From Dehalococcoidia bacterium (GTDB lineage Bacteria; Chloroflexota; Dehalococcoidia; SHYB01), in the NCBI GenBank assembly GCA_965219875.1, contig CBDCOW010000001.1:604062-668061 (forward strand): a DNA stretch of 64,000 nt, written 5' to 3'. Of this stretch, positions 1-9,065 are shown in pieces (position 1 is the first letter of the stretch; each line of letters begins with the position of its first letter). The notes below the pieces were generated by a model. The model was given only the letters and a program-made list of their open reading frames with translations. It searched no databases and was not told where the DNA came from. The translations under genes and the position numbers were made by a program.

Positions 1-5
1 GTAGC

Positions 6-215
6 TCAGGGCACGGGGTCCGACCCGGCGCCCCCCCAAGGAGCGCAGCGGGCAAGGCGCCGCACCGTCAGCCAGCCTCCTCGAACAAAGCCGTGGCGCG
101 TAATCGCCTCCTCCCCGTAGTGCGAACACGTAGGAGAGTAGCGGCACGCGCCCGGATAGTAGGGCGAAAGGGCGGCGCGGTAGAACTTGATGCCCAGGAG
201 CGCAATCGACTTCAT
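6..215 (-). CDS. yidD: membrane protein insertion efficiency factor YidD
   Basis: 69 aa ORF with the conserved Cys-rich RYxPTCSHY signature; 4-nt overlap with upstream rnpA; classic rpmH-rnpA-yidD order. Confidence 0.85.
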   Translation of the reverse strand: MKSIALLGIKFYRAALSPYYPGACRYSPTCSHYGEEAITRHGFVRGGWLTVRRLARCAPWGGAGSDPVP

Positions 216-565
216 ATTGTGTCTCTGCGCGGACCCGGCTCATACAGCCTGCCGCGCTTCAGGAGATGCTTCGCGGCGGCCTCGATTGCCTGAAAGGTGG
301 CGCCGGCGGCGGCCGGACGCGCAATGAAGACGAGGTCCCACCCCTTGGCAACCGGCGCGCGCCGCGCGATCTCTCTCAAGCGGCGCTTGACCCGATTCCT
401 TACGACCGCCTTTCCCACGCGGCGGCTTACCAGAAAGCCGAAGCGGCTAAACTCTGTTTCGTTCGCGAGAGCCCGTAGTGTAAGGAGAGGCCCCGACCAT
501 CCGCGCCCTTGTCGGCGCACCCTCGCGTAGTCCGAGCCCTTTCTGAGCCGCGCCTCTTTGCGCAT
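212..565 (-). CDS. rnpA: ribonuclease P protein component
   Basis: 117 aa, very basic, RnpA-like length and composition; position between rpmH and yidD. Confidence 0.85.
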   Translation of the reverse strand: MRKEARLRKGSDYARVRRQGRGWSGPLLTLRALANETEFSRFGFLVSRRVGKAVVRNRVKRRLREIARRAPVAKGWDLVFIARPAAAGATFQAIEAAAKHLLKRGRLYEPGPRRDTI

Positions 566-576
566 GCGGCTCCACG

Positions 577-714
577 CTACACGGTCAGGCGCTCTCGGCC
601 CTTCAGCCGACGCCGTTTCAGCACCTCACGGCCGTGTCGGTCACTCATCCGAGCCCGGAACCCGTGCACGCGCTTTCTTCGGCGCGCCTTGGGTTGATAC
701 GTTCGTTTTGGCAT
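577..714 (-). CDS. rpmH: 50S ribosomal protein L34
   Basis: Hand translation of minus strand gives [45 protein letters not shown] (45 aa, below ORF-track cutoff); ATG at 714, TAG at 577-579. Confidence 0.85.
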   Translation of the reverse strand: MPKRTYQPKARRRKRVHGFRARMSDRHGREVLKRRRLKGRERLTV

Positions 715-740
715 AGAAGATTCCCTGGTAGAACCGACCC

Positions 741-770
741 ATTATAGGTTCAGCCCACCCCTAGGGGCAA
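741..770 (-). promoter_or_regulatory. candidate sigma70-type promoter for rpmH (TTGCCC - 18 nt - TATAAT on minus strand)
   Basis: perfect TATAAT hexamer (plus-strand attata 741-746) with TTGCCC-like -35 (765-770) in the 60-nt gap between mtnB stop and rpmH start. Confidence 0.35.
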
Positions 771-773
771 GCC

Positions 774-1463
774 TCATGGCTGCGACCGGCCCGTGCGCTC
801 CCCCCACAGGATATCGCAGATGAACTCGGCGGCTTCAAGCCGGTTGCGGGCCTGCTCGATACTCTCGCCCCAGACCGTAAGACCGTGGCCGGCGACGAGA
901 AGGGCCGGGAGGGGCGCGTCGGAGGCGTCGAGGAGAACCCCCACATCCTCGGCGAGGGCCTCCATGTCGGAGCGGTTGGCGAGCACGGGAATCTCGGCGC
1001 GGAGGACGCAGTCCTTCCAAGAGACGCCCAGTCCCTTTAGCATCTCCAACCCCTCGGCCACGACCGGGCGGAGCTCGCCGCCACCAGCCGCCGCCCGCGA
1101 CAGCGCCGTCGACGCCACGGTGTGGACGTGAAAGACCGCCCCGGCCTCCGGCAGCCGTTCGTAGATCGTCCGGTGGATCGCCGCCTCCGCCGAAGGACCG
1201 CGGCGCGGCGCGCCCAACGCGGGCAGCAGGAAGCGGCTCTCTTCAGGAATCACTGCGATGTCGGCGTAGCCCAGCGCCCCCTTACTCGCGCCGCTGCCCG
1301 TGATAGCGACCACCGGCTCGCCCTCCGCCACGGGGCCGGAGTCGAGGCGCGCCGACAGATTCCCCGACGTGCCCAGCATCCAGCCCCGTTCGTAGAACGA
1401 CCGCGCCGCCGCGATTAGTTCGTCGATGGCGGCCATGGCCTCGGAGGCGTCGGCGGGCGTCAT
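774..1463 (-). CDS. mtnB: methylthioribulose-1-phosphate dehydratase (class II aldolase/adducin family)
   Basis: 229 aa; GNLSAR motif and class II aldolase His-rich region; in mtnW-mtnX-mtnB-mtnD context. Confidence 0.7.
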   Translation of the reverse strand: MTPADASEAMAAIDELIAAARSFYERGWMLGTSGNLSARLDSGPVAEGEPVVAITGSGASKGALGYADIAVIPEESRFLLPALGAPRRGPSAEAAIHRTIYERLPEAGAVFHVHTVASTALSRAAAGGGELRPVVAEGLEMLKGLGVSWKDCVLRAEIPVLANRSDMEALAEDVGVLLDASDAPLPALLVAGHGLTVWGESIEQARNRLEAAEFICDILWGERTGRSQP

Positions 1464-2176
1464 GGCGGGCCCTCACCCAGAGGGGGCGTCGTGGCCGGAA
1501 ACGTGTAGGAGTCGCGCAGCGTGTCACGGACGTCCAGCAGCGTGTCGAACGCATGATAAGGAAGCCCGCGCTCGCGCATGATCGCGGCGAGCCGGTCGCG
1601 GGCGAAGACGGCGTCGGCGGCCAGCGCCCCGTGCTCGTCGGTGATGCTGTCGCCGACGACGATGCGGAAGGTGTCCTGGAAGCCCTCCATCGCCTTGGCC
1701 TTGCACAGCGCGCACGTCTCGCAGGCCATGTCAGTACGGGCGCGGATGACCTCGCCGGACAAGTCCGCCGGAATCGAGACGATGCGCGAGATGAGCCCGC
1801 GGTAGGGCTCTAGGACCGGCTCGACGAAGAAGTCGAGGGCGCCGGTCGTGACGGTGAACTCGATCGAGGCGGCGCGGCAGTAGCGCAGCAGATCGTCGAA
1901 CCCCGGCCGGAAGCGGACGATGCGCTTGGCGAAGGCGGCGATCTCCGGCGCGCGGCTCGCGGGGATCCGGGCGAAGACTTCGGGTACCCCTTGAAGCAAA
2001 CTCTTCCGCCCCGCCAGCATGGCCTCGACGTCGCGCTCCCAGCCCGGCGGCGCGAACGCGCGCCACACCTCGACGATCACTTCGTCCATCGTGATCGTGC
2101 CGTCGAAGTCGCAGAAGACCACGGGCCGCCGCTCGACGACCCGAACGTTCCCTGCGTCTGCGGGGCTTATGCCCAT
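1460..2176 (-). CDS. mtnX: 2-hydroxy-3-keto-5-methylthiopentenyl-1-phosphate phosphatase (HAD family)
   Basis: 238 aa; HAD motif I DFDGTIT near N-terminus; overlaps mtnB start by 4 nt; Bacillus-like mtnWXB order. Confidence 0.65.
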   Translation of the reverse strand: MGISPADAGNVRVVERRPVVFCDFDGTITMDEVIVEVWRAFAPPGWERDVEAMLAGRKSLLQGVPEVFARIPASRAPEIAAFAKRIVRFRPGFDDLLRYCRAASIEFTVTTGALDFFVEPVLEPYRGLISRIVSIPADLSGEVIRARTDMACETCALCKAKAMEGFQDTFRIVVGDSITDEHGALAADAVFARDRLAAIMRERGLPYHAFDTLLDVRDTLRDSYTFPATTPPLGEGPP

Positions 2177-3369
2177 AGCTTCAGAGCCGCGGCAAGCTCG
2201 GGCGTATCGGCGCTGCTGGGGTCAGCCCCTTCGAGTGCGAGTTCGATGGACTGGCGAAAGGCCACCGCCCCGGCGCGGCTGCCCATAGGGTGGCCGTGGA
2301 CCCCGCCGCCGGCGTTGATCACCACGTCCCGCCCATAGTCGGCGACAATGCGGGGAGTCAGGCCGGGGTGAATCCCCGCGGAGGGGCCGGGAAACGCCGC
2401 CGCCACGCCCGGCATGGGGCGGGTGAGACGGTCGCGGATCGCCTCCGTCTCATCGTGCCGCAGCGCGACCGTGCCATAGCTGGAAGGGAAGAGCACCACG
2501 TCGGCGCCCGCGGCGCGCATCAGCGTGCCAAGGATGACGTGGTAGGCGATGCCGTGGCGCGGCGCGCCGCCGAGCGCGCCCGACACCGCGGGATGGGCCA
2601 CGATGGGCACGCCGACCTCTGGGTCCCGGGCCAGCGCCTCCAACGTCCCGTACCCGTAGGCCAGCACGTTGAGCAGGAAGCACGACGCGCCCCGTCGTGC
2701 CAGGTCGCGGGCGCGCTCGACGATCTCACCGGCGCGTGCGGTCAAGTTGACCGCGTAGAGCGTCTTGTGCCCCGTCGCCGACTCGACGGCGCTGGCCGCT
2801 TCCAGGCAGCGCTCCAGCCGGCGCTCGGTGGGGCAGCTCTCCAGATCGGGCAGGATCTCGTCGTCCTTCACCACGTCGGCGCCGCCCTCCGCCTGCTCTC
2901 GGAACATGGCGGCGAGGTCGTCGGGCGTGAGCCCCACGCAGGGCTTGAAGATCGACATCACCAGCGGACGGTCCGCGACGCCTAGCAGCCGGCGCAGTCC
3001 TTCGACCCCGAACCGCGGGCCGGGCAGGCCGACCATGAACTCCGGCGGCAGCTCGAGGTCCGCCAGCCGTATCGCGCCGTCCATGCTGACCTTGCCGAAG
3101 ACCATCACCAGCAGCGTCGCCACGTCGCCCTCAGTATTCTCGGGAGGATAGCCGATGGTGACCTCGGCGGTGTGCACGCCGTCATGGACGGCGGCCTCGC
3201 CCGCGTCGAGCACGCGCCCCCGGTGGCGTTCCAGTCGCTCCAGCCCGCCGCGCTCCGTCGGCGTCCACGTATCGGTCGTCTGCCCCAAGGCAATCCCCAA
3301 CGCCTTCTTCTCGGCGTCAAAAGGCTCGGGCGACGAGACGATGTAGGTCGCGCGGATGAGATCGGCCAT
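2167..3369 (-). CDS. mtnW: RuBisCO-like protein, 2,3-diketo-5-methylthiopentyl-1-phosphate enolase
   Basis: 400 aa; RuBisCO large-subunit-like with KDDE motif; heads methionine-salvage operon. Confidence 0.75.
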   Translation of the reverse strand: MADLIRATYIVSSPEPFDAEKKALGIALGQTTDTWTPTERGGLERLERHRGRVLDAGEAAVHDGVHTAEVTIGYPPENTEGDVATLLVMVFGKVSMDGAIRLADLELPPEFMVGLPGPRFGVEGLRRLLGVADRPLVMSIFKPCVGLTPDDLAAMFREQAEGGADVVKDDEILPDLESCPTERRLERCLEAASAVESATGHKTLYAVNLTARAGEIVERARDLARRGASCFLLNVLAYGYGTLEALARDPEVGVPIVAHPAVSGALGGAPRHGIAYHVILGTLMRAAGADVVLFPSSYGTVALRHDETEAIRDRLTRPMPGVAAAFPGPSAGIHPGLTPRIVADYGRDVVINAGGGVHGHPMGSRAGAVAFRQSIELALEGADPSSADTPELAAALKLWA

Positions 3370-3409
3370 GATGCTTCACGTCAGAGGCGGAACGAAGAGC
3401 GCGGTGCGG

Positions 3410-3919
3410 CTAGGACTCGCGGTAGTGAGGCGCCCAGCCCGCGGTGTCTTTGAACAAACGGATGGCCTTAACGTGGCGGGCATCGGTGAGCGTGAACCAG
3501 TGGTACGTCCCCGCGGGGACGATGATGTAGTCGCCCGCCGACACGGTGACGGCGAAAGGGTCGCCGTCCTCCGGCTCGAAGCCGAAGACGCCCTCGCCGG
3601 CGAAGATGTAGCGCACCTCGTCATCGTCGTGGTAGTGCGCCTTGTCGAACTTCGCCAGCATCTCGTCAAGGCCGGGCGTCTCGGGGCTCAGCACGACCAT
3701 GTCGGCCATGATGTAGCCGCGGGCCTGGTTTTCGGACTCGAGGCGCGGGCGGAAGGCCGCCAGCACCGCCGCCTTCTCGTCGTCGGAGAGCGCAGGCTTG
3801 GCTTGGAGGGCGGCCACCTCGCCGGGGATGGGCCACGCGTCGTAGGGGATGCCGCGCGCTTGCAAGAAGTCGAGGGCCGCCCCGGAGCCGCCGCCAGGCG
3901 GCGCTTGGATCGCAACCAT
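3410..3919 (-). CDS. mtnD: acireductone dioxygenase (cupin)
   Basis: 169 aa cupin with ARD-like His/Glu pattern; upstream of mtnW on same strand. Confidence 0.7.
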   Translation of the reverse strand: MVAIQAPPGGGSGAALDFLQARGIPYDAWPIPGEVAALQAKPALSDDEKAAVLAAFRPRLESENQARGYIMADMVVLSPETPGLDEMLAKFDKAHYHDDDEVRYIFAGEGVFGFEPEDGDPFAVTVSAGDYIIVPAGTYHWFTLTDARHVKAIRLFKDTAGWAPHYRES

Positions 3920-4041
3920 GTGAGCCTCCTCTACGCGCCCATTCTACCGCCTCCCGCTGCCCAGCGGGCCGTGGCGGCTCTCGAAGTCGTAGTGGTATAG
4001 TGACAGGAGCGCGGAGGGCGGCAGGCTATCCGCGCCCCGGT

Positions 4042-4118
4042 CGCCAACGTAGCTCAGCTGGTCAGAGCGGGCGCTTCATAAGCGCTAGGTCGCAGGTTCA
4101 AGTCCTGCCGTTGGCACC
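4042..4118 (+). tRNA. tRNA-Met (anticodon CAT, elongator-type; could be lysidine-modified Ile2)
   Basis: cloverleaf folded by hand: acceptor GCCAACG/CGTTGGC, anticodon loop TTCATAA, T-loop TTCAAGT, encoded CCA. Confidence 0.8.
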
Positions 4119-4186
4119 ACAAAAAGTAAAGACATTGGCGCCGCGCCGCCGGCCCCGCCGCGGAACGGTCGCAACATTGAGCACGC

Positions 4187-4263
4187 GGGCGCTTAGCTCA
4201 GCCGGTTAGAGCGCATCCTTCACACGGATGAGGTCAGTGGTTCGAGTCCACTAGCGCCCACCA
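4187..4263 (+). tRNA. tRNA-Val (anticodon CAC)
   Basis: acceptor GGGCGCT/AGCGCCC, anticodon loop TTCACAC, T-loop TTCGAGT, encoded CCA. Confidence 0.8.
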
Positions 4264-4354
4264 TGACGCTCATGGCAGAGATGCGAGTGAGTGTGAGATG
4301 ATTGAAGTCCAAGTGATGACCAGGTATTGCTGAGTCCAGGCGACAGGTAAATGC

Positions 4355-4876
4355 ATGGCAGACGTGGTATTTGAGATCAAGACGAACAAGGGAGCGGCTG
4401 TTCGCGGCGCTGTGGTGCTGGTAGCCTATCCTGACGGAAGATACCTCACCGGTCAGACCGACGCCGACGGTAAGTGTCGGCTGAACCTATACCGCACCGA
4501 TCACGAAATGAAGGTGCTTGTAGCTGCGGAGGGCCATCTACCTTTCCATAAAACCACTATTCCGGGAAAATCAGAAATCGTGCCCGTGGAGCTAGAGCCG
4601 TCAAAGGACGACAAGAAGGCACTGCTCTTTACCCGCAGCACAGGATATATCCCAGGGATTGAGGGACGCCTCAATCCGCTCAAGGGTGGTTATGTCTATG
4701 GTGACAACATCGCCATCAACGGGCGACTCGCAAAACCTGCCGCACATTTTACGATAGGAGAATGCCTCCATTTGATCGACGTGTACGGCGTAGAGACGAC
4801 TATCCGGTTTCTGGAGGTTGAGGGGCAATTCTCTCTTATTGAGTACACCGAGCCCAAAGCTTACTCTGGGAAATAA
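4355..4876 (+). CDS. hypothetical protein, N-terminal carboxypeptidase-regulatory/transthyretin-like beta domain
   Basis: 173 aa; N-terminal ~80 aa fit the CarbopepD_reg-like pattern (G.V..G.P..GA.V.L....TGQTDADGK..L.L); C-terminal ~90 aa unassignable; AT-richer than flanks; stop 3 nt before next gene. Confidence 0.45.
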   Translation: MADVVFEIKTNKGAAVRGAVVLVAYPDGRYLTGQTDADGKCRLNLYRTDHEMKVLVAAEGHLPFHKTTIPGKSEIVPVELEPSKDDKKALLFTRSTGYIPGIEGRLNPLKGGYVYGDNIAINGRLAKPAAHFTIGECLHLIDVYGVETTIRFLEVEGQFSLIEYTEPKAYSGK

Positions 4877-4878
4877 AC

Positions 4879-5247
4879 GTGGCCACGGCGGAGCAACATC
4901 GAGCGATTAGCACTCAGTTCTTGGAGCACGCCGAGGACGAATTACGTAAAGGCGATCTGCTTCAGGCCTCCGAGAAGGCATGGGGGGCGATTTCCCACTA
5001 TGTGAACTCCGTTGCCCGTCAGCGGAACTGGCCTTTGGGATCGCACAGCCGACTGATCGCAAATGCCAACAAGCTAATCAGCGGCGACCCAGCCAACGCG
5101 AGCCATAAGCGGAGGCTGCTCCGATCAATCGAGGCGCTACATGCTAACTTCTATCAAGCATTCTTGGACGAGGATTCGGTGGGCGAGGGCATTCAGGACG
5201 CCAAGGAACTTATCAGAACCCTAGAAGTCCCTAACACGGACACATAG
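4879..5247 (+). CDS. HEPN-like protein (Rx4-6H motif)
   Basis: 122 aa all-helical; RSIEALH matches HEPN R-x4-6-H motif near C-terminus; tightly coupled to preceding ORF. Confidence 0.45.
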   Translation: MATAEQHRAISTQFLEHAEDELRKGDLLQASEKAWGAISHYVNSVARQRNWPLGSHSRLIANANKLISGDPANASHKRRLLRSIEALHANFYQAFLDEDSVGEGIQDAKELIRTLEVPNTDT

Positions 5248-5547
5248 TAGGTGTCTTGGACGTTTGAGTGGGCGCACTCTCTTCGTAACTCTGATTTCAT
5301 CAGGGCCGAACGAACGACCGGAACGGGGCTGCCAAGGCATCGCTTGCGTTCCTCAGCCCCGTCGCACCATAGTGCCCAAGCCGAGGGCCTCGGTAGGTTC
5401 ACAGCGCCCCCAACCACATCTCGAAGATGGTACTGCCTACCGTCCAATCAGGCTCACCACGCGTTACAAACCCCAGAACCTTCACGCTGAGGTTCCGGTT
5501 TAGCGCCTTCCATTCGGCGCGCTTCAGCGCCTTGTTTTGGTGCTCGG

Positions 5548-7542
5548 CTACAGCGTGCGTCCGGCGCGGGCGCCGTCGAGCATGGCGTGCATGATGCGCC
5601 GCGGGGCGAGGCTGTCCCCGATGAGGACAAGCTCTTTCGTCTTGCCCCGGAGCGCCTTCGCCAGGCGGTCGTCGGCCCTCGTGCCGCAGGCGAGGACCAC
5701 CGTGTCGACGCCTCGGACCTTCCGCTCCCGGCGGGTGAACGTCTGCAACAGCGTCGCCCCAGGGGCGTCGAAGCTCTGGATGCGGGTCATCATCGAGATC
5801 GTCACACCCTTGGTGAGAAGCCTCTTGAACAACAGATAACGCGTCGGGTGCTCGGCCCCGAGGGACAGATCGACTTGCTCGGAGATAAGCTCGACCTCCT
5901 TGCCCTGGTCGGCGAGGAACTCGGCCGCCGTCGGAGCCCCGATGTGGTCGTCCATGCCGCCGACGACGATCACCTTCTCACCGGCCACGGCAGCCCCTGA
6001 GAAAAGGTCGATCGCGGTGATCACGTGAGGACTCTCGACGCCGGGAAACTCGGGGATGTAGGGGCGGCCCCCGGTGGCGACGACGACCGCGTCGGGGGCC
6101 ATCTCGAGGACGACGTCGGCTTCTATCTCGTCGCCCAGGAGTAGCTCGACCTTGGCCTGGCGGAGCTCTCGTTGGAAGAAGACGATCATGTCGGCCAGGT
6201 TGCGGCGGTTGGGGTCCTGCGCCAGGATGCGGACCGTGCCGCCGAGCGCCTTCTCGCGGTCGCCCAGATAGACCTGGTGGCCGCGCAGGGCAGCCGCTCG
6301 GGCGGCCTCCATGCCCGCCGGCCCGGCGCCCACGACGAGGACCGTCTTCCTGACCTCCGCCGGCACGATCTCCATCTCGGCTTCCCGGCCCGCCGCCGGG
6401 TTCACCGCGCACATCACCGGCTTCCGGGCGTGTCCAATGTAGTGGCACTCGTCCATGCCGACGCACATGCGGATGTCGTCGGGGCGTCCTTCTTTCGCCT
6501 TGACCGGCAACTCGGGGTCGGCTATCAGGGCGCGGACCATGCCGACCATGTCGGCCGCGCCGTCGGCGAGGATGCTGTTCGCCATCGCGGGGTCGGTGAT
6601 CTTACCGGTAACGAAGACGGGCACGTCGACGAGCTTCTTGACCGCGGCCGCGGCCTCCACGTTGTGGGCGGGCCGCACGTACCACGGGCTGACGTAGGCG
6701 ATCTCGAGGCCGTCGGCCAGGCCGGTGTAGTTGCCGCCGCTGACACTGATAAAGGCGACGTGAGGCGAGAGCGACTGGCCGATGCCGGCAAGCTCGTCGA
6801 TGGTGAGGCCGCCGTGCCGGCCGTCGCCGTCCAGCCCGATCCGAATGCCGATGGGGTAGTCGGGACCGACGAGGTTGCGACCCGCCTCGATGATCTCCAA
6901 CACGAAACGGACACGGTTCTCGCGGCTTCCGCCGTAACGGTCCTCCCGCAGGTTGAACCGGGGCGAGAGGAACTCGGTGACCAGATATCCATGCGCGCCG
7001 TGGATCTCGGCGGCGTCGAGGCCCGCCTCCTTGGCCCGCCGGATGCCGTGGGCAAAGGTGGTCACCAGGTCGGCGATCTCCTCTTCGGTCAGCTCGTGAG
7101 GGACAGCGGCGTCGAAGGGCTCGGGGACCGTCGAGGGGCCGAAGGCGGGCTGCAGGCTGTCGCGATGCATGCCGGCCCCGGCGTTGTAGACCTGGCCGAA
7201 GACCTTGGCCCCCTCATCGTGGATCACCTCGGCGCGCTTGCGTAGGCCCGGGATGCCTATCTTGTCGAAGAACTCGATGCCCTCGGGCGTCGCCGGATTG
7301 GGTAGGCGCACGTCGAAGTCGCGACCGTGATTCTCCTTCCAGCGTCCCGGCCCAAGGGGGAAATTCGTCGTGCCCGCGGAATGGATGCCGATGAGCGCCG
7401 CCCCGCCCCGGGCCCGCTCTTGGAGGTACCGCAGATCGCGCTGCTCCGAGTGCCCCGTGCCATGGGTGGTCATCACGATGCGGTTCCGCACCGCGAAGTT
7501 GCCGATCTGGAGTGGTTCGAAGAGGCGTGGAAAGTCGGGCAT
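5548..7542 (-). CDS. NADH:flavin oxidoreductase (old yellow enzyme N-domain + FAD/NAD(P)-binding C-domain), 2,4-dienoyl-CoA reductase-like
   Basis: 664 aa; OYE TIM-barrel N-terminus, Cys cluster (CVGMDECHYIGH) and two GxGxxG Rossmann motifs C-terminally. Confidence 0.8.
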   Translation of the reverse strand: MPDFPRLFEPLQIGNFAVRNRIVMTTHGTGHSEQRDLRYLQERARGGAALIGIHSAGTTNFPLGPGRWKENHGRDFDVRLPNPATPEGIEFFDKIGIPGLRKRAEVIHDEGAKVFGQVYNAGAGMHRDSLQPAFGPSTVPEPFDAAVPHELTEEEIADLVTTFAHGIRRAKEAGLDAAEIHGAHGYLVTEFLSPRFNLREDRYGGSRENRVRFVLEIIEAGRNLVGPDYPIGIRIGLDGDGRHGGLTIDELAGIGQSLSPHVAFISVSGGNYTGLADGLEIAYVSPWYVRPAHNVEAAAAVKKLVDVPVFVTGKITDPAMANSILADGAADMVGMVRALIADPELPVKAKEGRPDDIRMCVGMDECHYIGHARKPVMCAVNPAAGREAEMEIVPAEVRKTVLVVGAGPAGMEAARAAALRGHQVYLGDREKALGGTVRILAQDPNRRNLADMIVFFQRELRQAKVELLLGDEIEADVVLEMAPDAVVVATGGRPYIPEFPGVESPHVITAIDLFSGAAVAGEKVIVVGGMDDHIGAPTAAEFLADQGKEVELISEQVDLSLGAEHPTRYLLFKRLLTKGVTISMMTRIQSFDAPGATLLQTFTRRERKVRGVDTVVLACGTRADDRLAKALRGKTKELVLIGDSLAPRRIMHAMLDGARAGRTL

Positions 7543-7634
7543 GATTTTCTCTTGGGGAAGGGTCGCACTGCGGGCCGGGCGCTACTACGCACGCCGCCCG
7601 CTGACCCCGATGCCGCCGACCACCATCATAAAAT

Positions 7635-7665
7635 GCTAGGTCGCAGGTTCAAGTCCTGCCCACCA
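7635..7665 (+). repeat. degenerate direct copy of tRNA-Met 3' part (26/26 nt GCTAGGTCGCAGGTTCAAGTCCTGCC, then CACCA after a 5-nt gap)
   Basis: exact 26-nt identity with tRNA-Met 4083-4108 (variable loop + T-arm); att-like remnant. Confidence 0.5.
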
Positions 7666-7804
7666 CCTCCAAGGTCGTCGGTTCCACCTCTACTCATTCG
7701 CTCGGGGGTCGCGAGAAGCGAACGGTCGCGCGGCGTGGGAACAAACCTACGCCGGGCCGCGTCTATAAATATGTAGACTCATCCCCACCACCGAGGCCGC
7801 CCGA

Positions 7805-8510
7805 ATGAAGACCACGACCAAGACCGCCCTCCTCTCCTTCCTGACCGTATCGACCATCCTTCTGGCGGCCGCCTGCCAGAGCGCGTCCGGGCCACCCAAC
7901 GCGACGTGGGAAGCCCCGTCGGGCCGGGAACCCAACGCCTCGGTAACCGGCAGCGTCTCCTACCGGGAGCGGTTGGCCCTGACGCCGGGCGCGGCCCTCG
8001 TCGTCGAGCTGCGGGACGTCTCCTACGCCGACGCCCCCGCTCCCCTCATCGCTCGCCAGACCATCTCCGGGCCCGGGCAAGTTCCCATCAAGTTCGAAGT
8101 GCGATACAACCGCCAGGACATCAACCCCCGGAACACCTATGGACTGAGCGCCCGGATCGTCGAATCCGACGGCCGCCTCGCCTTCACCAACGACACCGCC
8201 TACGACGTGATCACCCGCGGGAATCCCGACAAAGTGGACATGCTCCTCGTCCTAGTGGAGCCGCCCCCCCGACCAGGTAGGCGACAACGCGGACTGGCGC
8301 ACCTGGGTCGAGGTCCCCGCCCCCATCGTTTGGGCCAATCTGATACCCAACGAGACGGAAAACCTGCTGCGGATCGCCTACTACCAGTCCACGATCGAAG
8401 GCTGCGCCCGCCCCGGCAACCAGGAATTGGAGTTGGACGGCAACGACATCATCGTCCGGCTTACGCTGATGCAGCCGCCACCCAACCTCCTGGGCGATTC
8501 CTTGCGATGA
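7805..8510 (+). pseudogene. YbaY-family lipoprotein, frameshifted at poly-C tract (8264-8270); C-terminal continuation in +1 frame to 8510
   Basis: signal peptide + lipobox LAAAC; YbaY-like SVTGSVSYRERLALTPGA...RDVSYADAPAP pattern; after C7 tract ORF-track frame becomes R/P/G junk while the +1 frame reads a protein-like PPDQVGDNADWRTWVEVPAPIVWANLIPNETENLLRIAYYQSTIEGCARPGNQELELDGNDIIVRLTLMQPPPNLLGDSLR*. Confidence 0.45.
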
Positions 8511-8514
8511 GCAG

Positions 8515-8976
8515 GTGGTGGAGCTTGACGCCGTAGAGCCCATCAGACAGCCGCTTCGATCTGGCCAGACCTACCGGGTGATAGCAAACGGCCAGGAAAC
8601 CACCTCCTTTACCCTGCCACTGCTCGGCCGGCGGCACACGGTTATCGCCGAGTCGCCGATCGAGCTCGCCGAGGTGGTGCTCCTAGAAAGCGCTCCGCCC
8701 CAGTACCAGCTTCGCGTCCTCTCTGCCTTGGCGAAAGGGAGCAGCTGCTCGCAGTTCAACGGCTACGAAATCCGCCGAACAGACGCCGACCGCATCGACG
8801 TGGCCATCACCCACCATCAGACTGCCGACTCGGTTGGCCCCTTTACCGCTGCCCCCTGTACCGCCGACTACCCCATCGTAGAGACCAACGTCCCGTTAGG
8901 TTCCGACTTCGAGCGCGGCGTCGAGTACACCGTCACCGTGAACACAGACACCACGACGTCATTCGTAGCCCGGTAG
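8515..8976 (+). CDS. hypothetical protein (possible META/HslJ-like domain; GTG start 4 nt after preceding stop, may be third part of the lipoprotein)
   Basis: 153 aa with diverse composition; GSSCSQFNGYEI resembles META-domain GCN motif. Confidence 0.3.
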   Translation: MVELDAVEPIRQPLRSGQTYRVIANGQETTSFTLPLLGRRHTVIAESPIELAEVVLLESAPPQYQLRVLSALAKGSSCSQFNGYEIRRTDADRIDVAITHHQTADSVGPFTAAPCTADYPIVETNVPLGSDFERGVEYTVTVNTDTTTSFVAR

Positions 8977-9065
8977 CGACATCCGAACCGGCTACGCTTC
9001 GCTCACCGTCGGGTAGAATGTGACCGCACGGAACTTCCCTGCGCCTACCGGAAAGGACCAACGCC

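Noticed and set aside
715-775. dnaA/oriC DnaA boxes upstream of rpmH
   Set aside because: Looked for TTATCCACA-like 9-mers in the rpmH upstream gap and found none. The gap is only 60 nt and is occupied by a promoter-like TTGCCC/TATAAT pair.
6172-7245. 357-aa plus-strand ORF inside the oxidoreductase gene
   Set aside because: Antisense shadow ORF of the OYE-like flavoprotein gene, with low-complexity D/G/V/A composition.
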